A stretch of DNA of 64,000 nt from NCBI GenBank assembly GCA_050613775.1, contig JBODTK010000118.1, forward strand, positions 310,001 through 374,000, read 5' to 3'. The DNA comes from Neocallimastix sp. 'constans'. Taxonomy: Eukaryota. Of the stretch, positions 45,328-61,052 are shown piece after piece. Under the pieces are notes generated by a model, which saw only the letters and a list, made by a program, of their open reading frames with translations, was not told the DNA's origin and did no database searches. Numbering within the stretch: position 1 is the stretch's first letter; the number at the start of each line of letters is the position of its first letter. Position numbers and translations under genes: made by a program.

Positions 45328-46185
45328 TAATATTATTATTTTTTAATTAAAATTCCTTTTATAACTAATTTATATTAATCGTAGTTAAACAATAATATAT
45401 AAATATTTTTATTTTATGTTAACTTCATATATATATATATATAACAAAACTTAAAAATTAAAAGTTTTATTTTTTATTATAAAGAATTAACAATTTAAGA
45501 AAAAAAAGTGGAAAAAAAGATAATTTCAATCCTTTAAAATATATATATATATATATTTCAAGTTCTAAGAATTATTATATATATATTTTTTTTATATAAT
45601 AAGATTATGGTGATCTTTTTTTTTTTTTTTTTTTTTTTTTTTTGTAGAAATTTTTTCCAAAATAATTTGTTATGTTTTAATCCCTTACAAAAAAAAAATA
45701 ATAATAATAATATATATTTATATAATTTTATATAAAATTTTTTATCCTAAATATTTTTATATAATATTTAATATATTTTCATTCCATAAATTTTAAACTC
45801 ATATGAAAAAAACCAACAAATCATTTTTAATTCCAATCAGTAATAAAATTATTTCAAATATTATCTTTAATATACACTTTAATAACAACTTTTTATTATT
45901 ATTATTATTATTATTTAATTTTATTAAAATAATTTTTTTTAATTTACAATAATATTCTTTTTTCTGTATAATTTATTTACATATACAGGGAACGTTTTCT
46001 CTTTTTCCTTTTTTTTTTTCCTTTTTTTTTTTTCTTTTTTAAATATTATTTGCAAATATTATTCTTGGTTTATTATTATTATTATAATTTCTTCTTCAGT
46101 ATGTATTGTATGTGTAAATGAATTATTTCTTTTTTTTTTTTTCGATAAAATTTTTTTGTTGTTTAAATAATAATTTTTAAGCTAG

Positions 46186-46221
<36 letters not shown>

Positions 46222-46375
46222 TATTATTATTAATTCATTTATTTAAAACTTTAAGTAATTAAAAAAAAAAAATATAGTATTAAGATTTCTCCTTATCTTT
46301 ATTTTAAAAAATAAAATAAAAATTTTTAAAAAATAGATTATTTTATTATTACTATTTAGTTTTCTATAATTAAAT

Positions 46376-49300
46376 TTAGAGAGAAGCAACCTTTAACTTA
46401 GCGAATTCATCAGCTAACTTTAAAGCTTCATCAACAGCAGCAACTTCAGTACCAGAACCTTGGGCAGAAACATCCTTACCACCCTTCTTTCCACCAACCT
46501 TTTCAGAAACAACACTAGCCCAATCGATGGCCTTAAAACCAGCCTTAGTGAATTCCTTTGGTACAATACATTGGTGGCTGACACGACCAGCAGCTTCATC
46601 AACAGAAATGAATAAAGCAGCCTTGTTCTTTAAACCCTTAATGTAGTTAACAGCACCAGCAACAGCCTTTGAGTTACTACCAGCATTTAATTGTAAAACG
46701 AAGTACTTAGCTTCTGGGTTCTTTTCAACTTCAGTCTTAACGAATTCAGTAACTTCCTTGATTTGAGCAGCCTTTCTAGCCTTTTCAGAATCATCGAAAG
46801 CCTTCTTAATAGCATTGTATTCATCTCTGTACTTTTGCTTAGCAACAAATGGTAAAACAGAACCATCAAGTTCCTTTAAGAAAGTCTTTAAAGTGTTTTC
46901 AAGTTCAGCACCCTTTAAGGTCTTTAAGGCTTCAATCTTTGGAGCAAAGAGCTTAGCGTTTTCAATTACCTTAGCGGCTTCATCAGCAGTAAGAGCAGTA
47001 ATACGACGAATTCCCTTAGCAATACTAGCTTCTTCAATAACAACTAATTGCTTAATTTCACCAGTAGAGTTAACATGTGTACCACCACAGAATTCCATGG
47101 AAGTAGTACGCCATTTTTCATTAGATACATCCTTAATAACTTCAGCAACATCAAAACCTATAGAAACAACTCTAACTGGATCTGGGTAAACTTCACCAAA
47201 AACAGCTCTAATACCATTGATTTGCTTACCAATAGCGGTAGAAACTTCTTGAGTGTAAACCTTTAAATCTCTCTTAATGAAATCGTTACAGATGTTTTCA
47301 ACCTTTTCAATGTCACTAGCTGGAATAGCGTTCTTACAAGTGAAATCAAATCTTAACTTTTCAGCATTAACAAGGGAACCCTTTTGGTCAACAGTGTCAC
47401 CAATAATTTCTCTTAAAGCAAAGTTTAAGATGTGAGTACCAGTGTGGTTGTTTTGAATTAAATCTCTACGGTCTTCATCATAAGCAGCAACAATTTCATC
47501 GTTAACAGCGAATGAACCGTATTTTAAGTAACCAACATGAAGAACGTAACCACCGTAAGTTTGAACAGATTCAACAGCGAAATCAGCCTTACCATCAATA
47601 GTAATGGTACCAAAATCATATTCTTGACCACCTTGTTCGGCGTACATGTTAGTCTTATCTAAGATAACACCGAAGTTCTTAGCATAACCTTCATCAACAT
47701 TATCAACAAATTTACCATCAACATATAAAGCCTTAATATTAGCAGTAATAGCACCACGTTCTATTTTATTATATATACATAATAATTTAAATTAATCAAT
47801 GAATTAACAATTCAATATATAATAGTAAGAAAGAAAGTAAATAATATATATATATATTATATAACATTAATGTATGCATATGTATATATTAATATTATAT
47901 TATATTAAATCATTCAAATTATTTAATAATTTCAAATATCTATATTTCTATAACTTATTCTTTCATATTTATAAATATAAAAATTTTTTAAAAAAAATTA
48001 ATAATAATTATTATTATTATAATTACCATATTTAGCAGAATCATCAGTCTTTGGAACAGCATCATTCTTATCTAAAGCACCAATAGCATGAACATCCAAA
48101 GTAACAACTTCAGCCTTGTTACCGTTCTTACAAGCCTTAGATCTTTCTCTAGCTTCTTCTTGAGCAGCAAGGAATTCTTGTTGGTTAATGGTCATACCAT
48201 TTTCTTCAGCCATTAATGTAGTAAGATCGACTGGGAAACCGTAAGTATCATAAAGTCTCCAAACATCGGCACCCTTAATGACCTTAGAACCTTGTTCCTT
48301 AGTCTTAGCAATGCAAGCATCGAAAAGCTTTTCACCTCTATCTAAGGTTCTAGCGAAACTCTTTTCTTCTTCATCTAAGATTTCCTTTAAATCAGCAACA
48401 TTCTTGGTAATTTCTGGATAAGTGTCACCCTAAAAATAATTAAAAATAATTAAAAATAATTCAATATAAATAAAAAAATAAGTAAATAAAAATAAAATAT
48501 TAAGTAACATTCCAAAAATATAATTAATTATATATTTAATTTATTATTTCAATTTTATAAATCATAAAATAAAAATTATATAAATATTTGTATATAGATG
48601 TTTCATTTTAAAAGAATTTACCATTTCAGAAATAACAACATCAACTAATTGGGAGAAGAAGTTACCAATTTGAACACCGAACTTACGTCTAGCGAAACGA
48701 GCACCTCTACGTAAGATTCTTCTAAGAACATAACCTCTACCTTCGTTAGATGGAACACCACCATCACTAATGGCGAAAGTTAAAGTTCTAGTGTGATCAG
48801 CAATAACACGATAAGCGGTATCCATACCATTAACATCTTCAGCACCAACCTTACCAGTGTATGGAGCAGCACCAGTTAATTTTTGGATGGCATTGAAAAG
48901 ACCAGTGAAAGCATCAGTATCATAGTTAGACATCTTGTTTTGAAGAACAGAGACAACACGTTCTAAACCCATACCAGTATCAATGTGCTTACTTGGAAGT
49001 GGACGAAGAGAACCATCAGCTTCACGGTTGTATTGCATGAAGACAAGGTTCCAGATTTCAATAACTTCTGGATCATCCATATTAACAAGACTAGCTGCAT
49101 TACGTCCACCTTTTCTATCATAGTGAAGTTCACAGCATGGACCACATGGTCCTTGATCACCCATTTCTATTATTATTTTATTATAATTTATAATATATAA
49201 ATATTAATTACTAATGTTAAAAACAAACTATGATATATCCATTGATATATTGATATATGCATATTATTAATTTATATATTAACATATATAAAATTCTTAT

Positions 49301-50529
49301 ATTAACTGTGTAAATAAAAATATATATATTAATAATAATAATAATATATACTAACCCCAGAAGTTATCCTTACTACCGAATGGTAATAAACGATCAGCTG
49401 GAATACCTAAATCTAACCAAATTTGACGACATTCAAGATCAGCTTCAAGACCAAGCTTTTCATCACCACCGAAATATGTAATGTAAAGACGGTTAGCTGG
49501 AAGCTTATAAACTTCAGTAAGTAATTCCCAAGCCATTTTAATAGCTCCTTCCTTGAAGTAATCACCGAAAGACCAGTTACCAAGCATTTCGAAGAAAGTG
49601 TGGTGATAGACATCCTTACCAACATCATCTAAATCATTGTGCTTACCACCTTTAAATAATTAAATTTATAAATAAATATATATTAATAAAATTAAATAAA
49701 TATCAAAATAATAATTAATTATTATAAATTTTTTAATATTAATATATTAAAATAATAATATTTAAAAAAGAATAATATTAAATTTAAATTGATAATTACC
49801 TGCACGAATGCACTTTTGAGAGTTACAAGCTCTCTTAAGCTTAGCCATATCAGAGTTTGGATCGACAACACCAAGGAAAATTGGCTTGTACTATAATATT
49901 TTATATTTCAAAAATAAATTATAGCTTATTAATATTTTAAACATTTCCACAATTCATAATTTATATTCTAATAATTGCTAACATAAAAATATAGATATAA
50001 ATATATAATTATTCTGTATTATAATATTCTAATAATTGCTAACATAAAAATATAGAAATAAATATATAATTATTATGTATTATAATATTTTTTCACATTT
50101 TTAATTTATATAACATATTTAATAATTATGAAAAAAGATTCACATAAAAAAAACTTTTTTTATTAAATTTTTAAATATCATATTTTTATATATATTATTC
50201 TATTTTTCTTTTAAAAAAAAAGTATTTATTTTATTAATAATATTTTTTTATTTTAATCTTTTTGTTCTGTTATTATATATAATGCTTATAAATTATTGAG
50301 TTAATATAAAAATTATATACTATCTTGCTGAAATATTTGTTGCAATTTTTTTTTTATTAAATTATTATTGGATTTTTACTTGGTTCATTCCAGCGTTGGC
50401 AAAAAGAAGAGTTGGATCATCATGTGGAATAGTAGAAGAAGATGGAACATAAGTATGTTCATGACCTTCAAAGAACTTAATGAATTGTTCTCTAACTCTT
50501 TTGGTAGTCCAGTAAACTTCTTCAGACAT
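46376..50529 (-). CDS. ALA1: Alanyl-tRNA synthetase, ~955 aa, 6 exons
   Basis: Exons (minus): 50529-50380, 49890-49800, 49649-49356, 49166-48622, 48429-48027, 47760-46376; frame closes. Motifs [63 protein letters not shown]. Editing-site NHTGTH and EFCGGTH are intact. Confidence 0.98.
49963..50090. repeat. 61-bp direct tandem duplication in AlaRS intron 1
   Basis: atattctaataattgctaacataaaaatataga... at 49963 and 50024, with about 2 mismatches. Confidence 0.9.
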
Positions 50530-51179
50530 GTTTAATTTTTTTTATTTTTAAATACTTAAAGTATTAAAATTTTTTTTATTAATTTAATTAATATTAAATT
50601 AACTAAAGAGGTATAGAAATAAAATTATATTTTTTTTTATTAAAAAAAAATAATAAATTATTTCAGATTTTAACTAGCTTTTTAAAATTATTTAAAAGTG
50701 TGGAAGTGAAGAAAAAAGAAAAAAAAAATTTTTTTAGGAATTATAAGTTTATTTATTCCAAGATATGAAAATTTTCAAATTTACTACATTAAATCAATAC
50801 ATTCTTAATAATATATGTGAATACATAAAAAAATAGTATAAAATAATATAAATATGTATTGTTATATATTATAATTTTTAAAAAAAATTTTTTTTTTGAA
50901 ATAATGGTTTATATCCAATCAGTAATTAATAAAGCAATATATTATATATTTACAATTTAATTTTTATATATTAATATTTAAAATATATGATCGATAATTA
51001 TTAAATTGATACTAATTTATAGATCTTTCAATTATCCATTAATATTCACTGAAAAACTAAATAAATACATTTAAATATCAAAATACTACCTATTATTATT
51101 GACTAATTATTTATTATAAAAAATTTTTTTATAGTATTATTATATATATCTTTTTTATTATAAATACTTTTTACTTTTA

Positions 51180-51453
51180 TTATTTATTATTATTTATCAT
51201 TTATTATTTATTATTTATTATTTATTATTTATTATTTATTATTTATTATTTATTATTTATTATTTATTATTTATTATTTATTATTTATTATTTATTATTT
51301 ATTATTTATTATATATTATTTATTATTTATTATTCAATTATTTATTATTTATTATAATTATTATTTATTATTTATTATAATTATTATTTATTATTTATTA
51401 TTTATTATTTATTATTCCATTATTTATTATTTATTATTTATTATTTATTATTT

Positions 51454-51549
<96 letters not shown>

Positions 51550-51555
51550 TAATTT
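51180..51555. repeat. (TTTATTA)n heptamer array grading into (TTTA)n
   Basis: Read directly. Confidence 0.95.
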
Positions 51556-52680
51556 ATAATTTATAATTAATTTTAACTTGTACTTTTTTAATTATTAAGT
51601 TATTATAAATAATTCTTTAATTCGATTATATGAATATCAACAATTTAAATGTTTTACTTTCAATAAAAATAATAATTGATTATATTATTATTCAATTATG
51701 TGTAGATAAACATTATAGTAATTTAAATATCTATATAACTTTGATAAGATATATTATTTTAAATTTGTTTATAATTAATTTTAAGAATTCATGAATTCAT
51801 TAGCAAAATGACATTATAAAATATATTTTCCCATCTAATACAAAAATTTATTATTTTAATTTTTATGATTGTAAAACCCACATTAAAAATGATATAACTA
51901 AATTCATAGTATATTAATTATTTATTAAGTTTTTATATCTATTTAATAGAAAATATTTATTCAGTATTCATTATTAATTGTTTTATTTTTATTTTTATTT
52001 GTATATTTAATTTTTGTTTTGTTTATTAAAATACTTAAAAGTATTTATTTATAAAATTATATATATATATATATATAACGCTTTTATTTTCAATTTTAAT
52101 TTTTGTGTAAATTTTTATTTATTTTATTTTTTTATAACAAAATTTTAAAAATTAATAGCATGGTTTCACAAATTTAATTATAAAAAAATTTTTTTTTAAT
52201 AATTATTCCTTTTTATTTTTATTTAATTACAGGTTTAAATATTTTAGCCAGTTTCTTTTGGCATATTAAAATACAATATTATAATTATTATTAACATTAC
52301 AAATAATATTAAAATTATAATAATTATTTAAAATTAAATAAAATAAAAATAAATTCTATATAGATGGCAATAATTATTTTTTAAAACATAGATTAAACTA
52401 TATTTTTATAAATACTTAAAGAAAGTTTAATTTCTTTTTTTGCTTTGTTTTGTTTTGTTTTGTTTTCCTTTTTTGGTAAAATAACTTATTATAAATTACT
52501 TGGTACATAAAAATTAAAATAATTTATATAACTATGTATTTAATATGAGGCGTAAATCATTAAATTTTAAAGTTGTTATTCATATATGTGATGTGACGTA
52601 TATAATAATGAAAGAAATTTTATTATAAATAATAAAAATTTATAACATATAAATATACCTATTATTAAATAATAATAATA

Positions 52681-52742
<62 letters not shown>

Positions 52743-52743
<1 letters not shown>

Positions 52744-52827
52744 TTTTTAAGACAGTAATAATAAAAGTAATATTCATAATTATTTTTAAGACAGTAATAA
52801 TAATAATAATATTACTGTCTTAAAAAA
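52743..52827. repeat. Direct plus inverted repeat of ttttt(t)aagacagtaata
   Basis: Copies at 52743-52760 and 52783-52799; exact reverse complement at 52810-52827. Confidence 0.92.
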
Positions 52828-53596
52828 ATATGTGAAATACATAAAAGTAATTTAATTTCCTAAATTTTCATTAGTACAAATTATTGTTTTTTTATTATTA
52901 TTATATATAATTATTAATTTCTTTTTTTAATTATTTAACTATTAAATTTTTTTCCATAATAATATATATATCAATATTAATTATTTATATATTAAATAAC
53001 AAAATAAATATTTAAAAAAAAAATTTTATAAGAGTTTAAAAAATAATTAAATAAACATAATATATAAGGACTTCTTAATTATTTTTATTTTTGTTTGGAT
53101 TTTCAAAGTTATAAATTATATAATAACATTTTTATTATTATTACTTTGTATCGTTTATAATTAAAAAGAAAAAGGTTTTATATTAATAATATCGTTATTA
53201 ATAAATAATATTATATTATTTCCTTATTTACTTAAAAAAAAAAAGGAAATGAATATACTCTAATTAAAACAACGAAAAAAAAAATAATAATAATAAAACT
53301 ATAAAAAAAAACTTATAAAGTAATAATCTATAAAATAATATATTGTTTAAGAAAGAATAATAAAAAAAAAATAAATTATATAAAAAGAACTAACATAAAA
53401 TAAAGAATAAAAAATAAAATAATAAAACGAAACATAAATAAATGTAATACTGAATTGTAGAAAGTTTTTTTTTTTTTTAAATAAATAATAACAAAATACA
53501 TCCAATATAAAATATAACAAAAAACAATAACCAAAGAGTAGAGGCTTTATTAAACTAACATATTAATTAAAAATTAATAGAATTTATAGTAAAAAG

Positions 53597-54540
53597 ATGA
53601 TCAGTGGTGTATTTATTTTCAATGTTAAAGGTGAAGTTATCATCTCGAGACTTTTCCGTCCTGATATTAAGTAATTAAAAACTGCAAAGTATAAATTTAT
53701 TTATGGGCCAATATATATGAAAATACAAAATTTTATACTTTCATTATAATATTAATATTATTGGTATTTTAAAATAATAATATCAATATTAGTTTTTTAT
53801 TTATTTTAATTATATTATATTAATAATAATGTTTATATTTAATTATTATACAACTAAAAAATTGAATTTAATAATATCAAATTTATAATTTTTAAATAAA
53901 GATGTTTTTTATTATTTTTTTTCTTTTTTTACTAAGAACTTATTTTAATTTTAATTATATTAAATATAATTTTATTTATATCTTTTTAATTCTACTATAT
54001 ATATGTATATTTATATTTTATTTATATTAATTTTTATCAAAATCTTGTTTTTTTTTAAAAAAAAATAATAATAAACTAAATTAAATTAAATATCTCGAAA
54101 ACAAAAACATTGATTTTTTTTTCGAATAAAAGACGTTCATTGTCAGATGTTTTTCGAATCCAAGTTATTTCAAATCCAGATATAAGATCACCAATTGCAA
54201 CATTAGGTTCAACATCGTTCTTCCATGTTAAACATGAAAATATATATATTGTTGCTGTTACCAAGTTAAATGCCAATGCTGCAATTATTTTCCAATTTTT
54301 ATATAAATTTATTTCAATAGGAAATGTTTATTTTGGAAAATTCGATGAAGAAGCAGTAAAGAATAATTTCGTATTAATTTATGAATTATTAGATGGTATA
54401 TATACATAATGTTCTGGATTTTTTTTATATTTTTTTATTTTTATTTGTATATTTTATTTTCTAAATTTCATATATTTATTAATATAATAATAAGCAAAAT
54501 TTCTATATATATATATACATGAAAATATATTATTAAAATG

Positions 54541-54617
<77 letters not shown>

Positions 54618-54865
54618 AAAAATAAATTTTCCATACATTTAATTAAAATTTTGATAATATTTAATCATTTCACTAATTTTTAAGCACTATATATATATTG
54701 ACAATACATATATATTTATTTTTATACATTTTTATTGTTTAATAAATAAAAATAAAGAAATTCTTGATTTTGGTTATCCACAAAATTGTGAAACCGAATC
54801 ATTAAAAATGTACATTACAACGGAAGGTGTCAAATCGGAAAGAGCAATTGTAAATATCAAATTTC

Positions 54866-54906
<41 letters not shown>

Positions 54907-55090
54907 ATTTATCCATAACTATGATAAAAATAATATAAATTTTATATATATATATACATACAAATAAAAAACTTTTAGAATAAAATATTTAATATAGAGT
55001 ATTTATAGTTTCTAATAATATACTATCTTTTATATATAATATTTTATAATATATACGAAAATATATAAAACTTATTACATTAAATATTGA

Positions 55091-55132
<42 letters not shown>

Positions 55133-56195
55133 TGATAATAAACTGTTTAGAGTGTCGATTCCTCGAAGATTACTATTCAAGCAACAGGTGCTACTGCCTG
55201 GAGAAGACCAGATATTAAATATAGAAAGAATGAAGCCTTCATTGATGTTATAGAAAGTGTTAACTTATTAATGAGTAATAATGGTAAGAGGAAGGGGGAA
55301 ATGAAAATAAATAAATAAATAAATTAATAAATAAATAAAATAGAAATAGAAGTTAAAAAAAAAATAAGGAAGGCTAATTAAAATATTGAAAATAAAGAAA
55401 AAAAAAATTGAAAATGAAATTATTCATCATTAATATTACTTTAAAGTAACTAATAATAATAATTATAATAATAACCAATAAATAAAATAATTAATTAATA
55501 AATAAAGGAGCCGTACTTCGTTCCGATGTATCAGGAAAAATTTTAATGAGAGCTTATCTTTCAGGTATTCCTGAATGTAAATTTGGTTTAAATGATAGTG
55601 TATTATTAGAAAAAGAAGGTCGTAGAGATACTATTGGTAAAAAAGCTGGAAGTGTTGAATTAGATGATTGTCAATTCCATCAATGTGTTAAACTTGGTAA
55701 ATTCGATACTGATAGAACCATTAGTTTTATTCCACCAGATGGTGAATTTGAATTAATGAAGTAAGTTAACCCATATCGCATCATCATTACTAAATTTTAA
55801 TTTCATTACTAAATTTTAATTTCATTACTAAATTTTAATTTTATTTTTATTTTTATTTTTATTATTATAATATTATTTATTTAATTTATTTATTTAATTA
55901 TTATTTATTAAAATATTTATTATTTATTTATTTATTTATTATTTATTTTTAAAAATTAGATATCGTACTACCGATAATATCAATCTACCATTCAGAATAA
56001 ATCCAATCGTTAAAGAAATGCCAAATAATAAGGTAGAATATCGTATTGTAGTTCGTAGTCAATTTTCAAACAAGGTCTTTGCTCAAAATGTTGTCATAAG
56101 AATTCCAACCCCGTTAAATACTTCAAATACTAAAATACATTCTAATCAAGGAAGAACAAAATATGTTGGTAGTGAAAATCATATGGTTTGGAAGT

Positions 56196-56231
<36 letters not shown>

Positions 56232-56662
56232 AAGATAATATGACAATAATTATAATAAAATTAAACAAATATATATATATATTGATAATAACATTATAAT
56301 ATAAATTATATTATTTATATATTTATATAATATTCCTTTTTTTATTAATGTATATATATCTATATCTATATATTTGTTTGTTTGTATGTTTATTTTTAAA
56401 AAAAAAATAAAAATAAAAATAAAAGAATAAATCGTTTCCAAGGTCAATCAGAATATTCCTTTTATGCTGTTGTAGATTTAACCCCAACAACGACCAAAAA
56501 AGCATGGTCAAGACCACCAATATCTATGGATTTCCAAGTTTTAATGTTTACAGCCAGTGGTTTATTAGTTCGTTTCCTTAAGGTCTTCGAAAAAAGTAAC
56601 TACCAAAGTGTTAAATGGGTTAGATATATGACCAAAGCTGGCAGTTACCAAATACGTGTAAG

Positions 56663-56702
<40 letters not shown>

Positions 56703-57029
56703 TAATACATTAAAAAATAAAATAATAATAATAATAATAAATATATATATATATATTTATCAATGGGATGATTAATTCTTTTATTATTATGTATATAATT
56801 TTCTTATTTTTTATAATATTTTTATTACTATATCAAAAATATAAATATAAACAATTCATTTTTATCAATGAAATACTGGATATCCAAATTTTTGATTTTT
56901 AATCCATATATATAACAATAATATCTTTTCATAATCTATAAATATTTATATATTATATGACAAAAAATAATATATATATTCTTTTTATCATTATTATTAT
57001 TTTTTTATATTATTAAATTTTAGTTCTAG
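53597..57029 (+). CDS. APM4: AP-2 adaptor complex subunit mu, ~428 aa, 8 exons
   Basis: Exons 53597-53670, 54133-54395, 54758-54849, 55151-55283, 55508-55760, 55960-56193, 56426-56657, 57024-57029; frame closes. Motifs [95 protein letters not shown] are mu2-type (AP2M1 orthologue). Confidence 0.96.
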
Positions 57030-57658
57030 AAAAAAAACTCAAAAAAAAAAAAAAAAAAAATAATAATTTTTCCCCACTATTTATCTTTTTTTTATATAAA
57101 GCAAAATATCGTTTTTAATTAAAATAAATAAATAAATAAATAAGAAATTAAATAAGCAAAAAATAAAAATAAAAATATATATATATATATTATAATAATA
57201 AAAAATAATAATAATAATATATATAATAATAATAATATATAATATTTTTTTTCTTTTCTTTATCAATGAAAAAGACTTTTTTTTTAAATAGAAAAAAAAA
57301 AAAATAACAATAACAATAATAATAATAAATAAATAAATAAATATAATTAATAATTAACAATCATTTATTATAATAAAATAAAAAATAAAAAATAAAAAAT
57401 AAAAAATAAAAAATAAAAAAATAAAAAAATAAAATAAAGATAAAATAAAAATTATAAACTATAAATTAATCTTTTTTTTTTTTTTTTTTAATTTTTATTT
57501 ATATAAACACAAAATATATATATATATTAATACTAATATTAATAATATTGTTAGTATTTGATTTTATTTATTTTTGATTTTATTTTATTCTATTCTTTTT
57601 TTTTTTTTTTTGTTTCGTTTTGTTTCGTTTTGTTTCGTTTCGTTTGTTTTTGTTTTTA

Positions 57659-57918
<260 letters not shown>

Positions 57919-58337
57919 GTTTTGTTTAATTTTGTTTTTGTTTTTTTTATTTAAAAATCAAAAAACAAAAAATAAAAGTATTTTATAACTTAAGATTAGT
58001 AAAAAAAAAAATAAAAAATAATAATAATAATAATAAAATAAAAAATTAGTAAATAAAAATAGAACATTAATTATAATAATAATTATTCTTTTTTATTATT
58101 TATATTAGTTGGTTTTATTAAAAATAAATAAAAATAAAAATAAAAATAAAAAAATCATAAATCGCATTATATTAAAAGAAAATGTTTTTAATATTTTTTT
58201 TTTGTTTGTTTTTTTTTTTTGTTTTTTTTTGTTTTTTTTTTGTTTTTTTTTTTTTTTTGTTTTTGTTTTCTGTTTTTGTTTTTTTGTTTTTTGTTTTTTG
58301 TTTTGTTTTTTTTTTGCTTTCTTGAAAATAGGATAAG

Positions 58338-58394
<57 letters not shown>

Positions 58395-58756
58395 AAAAAA
58401 AAAAAAAGTTTATATATCTATTTATATAATCTATTTCTAAACTTCTTTTTATTATAATTAATTGTAGTTTTCTTTTTTTTTTTTTTTTTTTTTTTTATTT
58501 TTATTTATTTATTCATTTTTCTTTTATTTTATTATTTATTTATTAATTTATTCATTTATTCATTTATTCATTTATTTATTTATTTATTTATCTTTTATCT
58601 TTATTTGGATTATAAATTATTTTAAGATTTGTTTACTATTTGCATTTTTATTATAAGTTAATTTTGTTCGGTTTTGTTTTGTTTTGTTTTGTTTGTTTGT
58701 TTGTTTTTAGTGAATTTATGTCAAATAATATATACATAAATATATATATATATTAA

Positions 58757-60121
58757 TTAAGAAACTTTATTATCATCCTCTGAATTGATTAAAGTATCAG
58801 ATGCATTTTCCTCTTCTTTTGAATTCTGTACCTTGGTATTAAAATTACTATTAAGTTTTAATACTTCCTGATTATTATCAAAATCTGCAAAATTGGATTC
58901 TTCATTGTTATTATTCTTATGATTAGTACTATTATCAAAATCTTGTTCATTTGTATGGGTATTATCTTCACTTTCATCATAATTTTCATTATTATTAGTA
59001 TCATCGTATTCACCTTCATAGTCATCTTCATCAGATAAGAAACGTCTAAATACATTTTGTGAATGAATAACTAAAATTGAAAATATAATTGGTGGTATTT
59101 TTAATGTTGGGCAAAATATTAAACTTAAATTATTTATTGTCATTTTATTAAACTCTGCATTATCTGACACACTATTTTTATAATTTTATATACAATAATG
59201 ATAATAGTTTTAATAATAATAATAATAATAAAAATATTAATTAATATAATAATTATAATAATAATTATAATAATAATTTTGTATAAAATAATAAGAAAAA
59301 AATTTATGTTAAAAAAAAATAAAATAAAATAAAAATTTTAAATAACAGCTAAAATTAATAAACTTATTAATAATATATATATAAATTTTAATTTTTTATT
59401 ATTCTCTATTCATTAACCTCTTTAAATGAAAACATATATATCCAAGTAAATTATATTCCCATCCTGGTAATTCTTCCAAAATTTCTGCAAATTCATCAAA
59501 TGCTATAAAATCTTCTGGACCTTGGACATTGTATTTTCTAATAATATCATTTAATTTATTAGTATGACTATCATCAATTAATTTATTTGGTACTTTATTT
59601 TCATTTATTATTATTGTTGTTATTATTATAATTGCATTAATCATTGTATTAATTATATCGTTTTATCATAGAATATATTAAAAAAAAATTAAATAATTAA
59701 TATAATATTATTGTTACAATATTTTATATAGATTATAATATAGATATTTGATTTTTTTTTTTTTTTTTTCTATTAGAAAATTATATTTACATTGTCTTAA
59801 GAAAAGTTTCAATAAAGTAGCAACAGTGTTTGGATTTTCTCCTGTTAAATCAACTGGTTCTAAAAAATCAAATTTATCTTTTAAAACTTCAACTTGATGG
59901 TTACTACCAGGTATTCTATATAATCCCTCTTCTTCAATAGCTTCAGTTATTTCATTAACACATTGATATACAATTAAAGGTATTCCATATTCATGACCAG
60001 AACTTGCCATTACATACTTTTTTTTATTATTTTATTATTATTATTATTATTTTAATAATAATAATATAATATATTGACAATATGTATATTTCATTATAAA
60101 ATAAAAAAAATTCATCTAATT

Positions 60122-60152
<31 letters not shown>

Positions 60153-60591
60153 TAAAAATAAAAATAAAAATTAAAAAAAAAAAAAAAAAAAAAAAGTACT
60201 TCTAATGGTATTCCAAAAACATGACGTTCTTTAACTTCTCGCTGAGCTGGTTCTTCTATTTAAATATAATGAAATAGATTATTTGCAATATATAAAAATA
60301 AATATTTTCATATAAAATTTTAAATATTTTATCAAATGTATTTATGAAGATTTCATTAAATTTTTATTAAATTAGTTTATAAAAAATTAAAAATGATTTA
60401 TTAAATTTAATTTATAGAAAACCTTTTTTAATTCTTGACATAATTTGTTGATTAGCATAACCTGCTAATTCTGAACCTTTTGACATAGCTTTTTGTCTTA
60501 AATCTTGAAATCTTGAAGAAAATGATGACCAAGCAGAACCTTTTCCATTATCTTGGTTTTCTTCATTAGAATATAAATTGCTACTCGACAT
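58757..60591 (-). CDS. Rho GTPase-activating protein (RhoGAP domain), ~346 aa, 5 exons
   Basis: Exons (minus): 60591-60423, 60255-60200, 60016-59791, 59592-59418, 59171-58757; frame closes. Motifs VFGIPLE, IPLIVYQCV, EGLYRIPG (arginine finger), VATLLKLFLRQLP, NKMTINNLSLIFCPTL; acidic/Asn tail. Confidence 0.92.
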
Positions 60592-61004
60592 ATTATATAT
60601 ATTTATTATATATATTTATTATATTTTATTTATTGTATTTTATTGTAATTAATTGATTTTATTATATTTATATATGTATGTAGATTTTTTTTTTTTTGCT
60701 TGTTAGTTCGTTCGGTTGTTTGTTTCTTTGTTTATCTATTTCTAGTTGTAATTGTTATTCTTATAAATAGTTTTTTCTTGTATTTATTATTATTTTAAAT
60801 AAAATGCTTATATTTCCAAATATTTATTTATTATTTATCTATTAATTTATTATTATTACTTGTTTATTTTTAGTTTTTTTTTACTGAACAATATAAATTA
60901 TTTTTTATAAATATATATTTATTTATTATTATATTACTTTTAAAAATTGCAATAATAAAAAATAAATAATTAAATTTCTCGGAATTAATTTGAATATATT
61001 ATTA

Positions 61005-61052
<48 letters not shown>

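Noticed and set aside
46420..49628. Several overlapping or antisense ORFs within AlaRS
   Set aside because: Expected by-product of the strong codon bias and higher GC of a highly expressed gene.
52585..52600. tgacgt CRE-like site; likewise cacgtg near 4567
   Set aside because: Single short motifs without clustering or comparative support.
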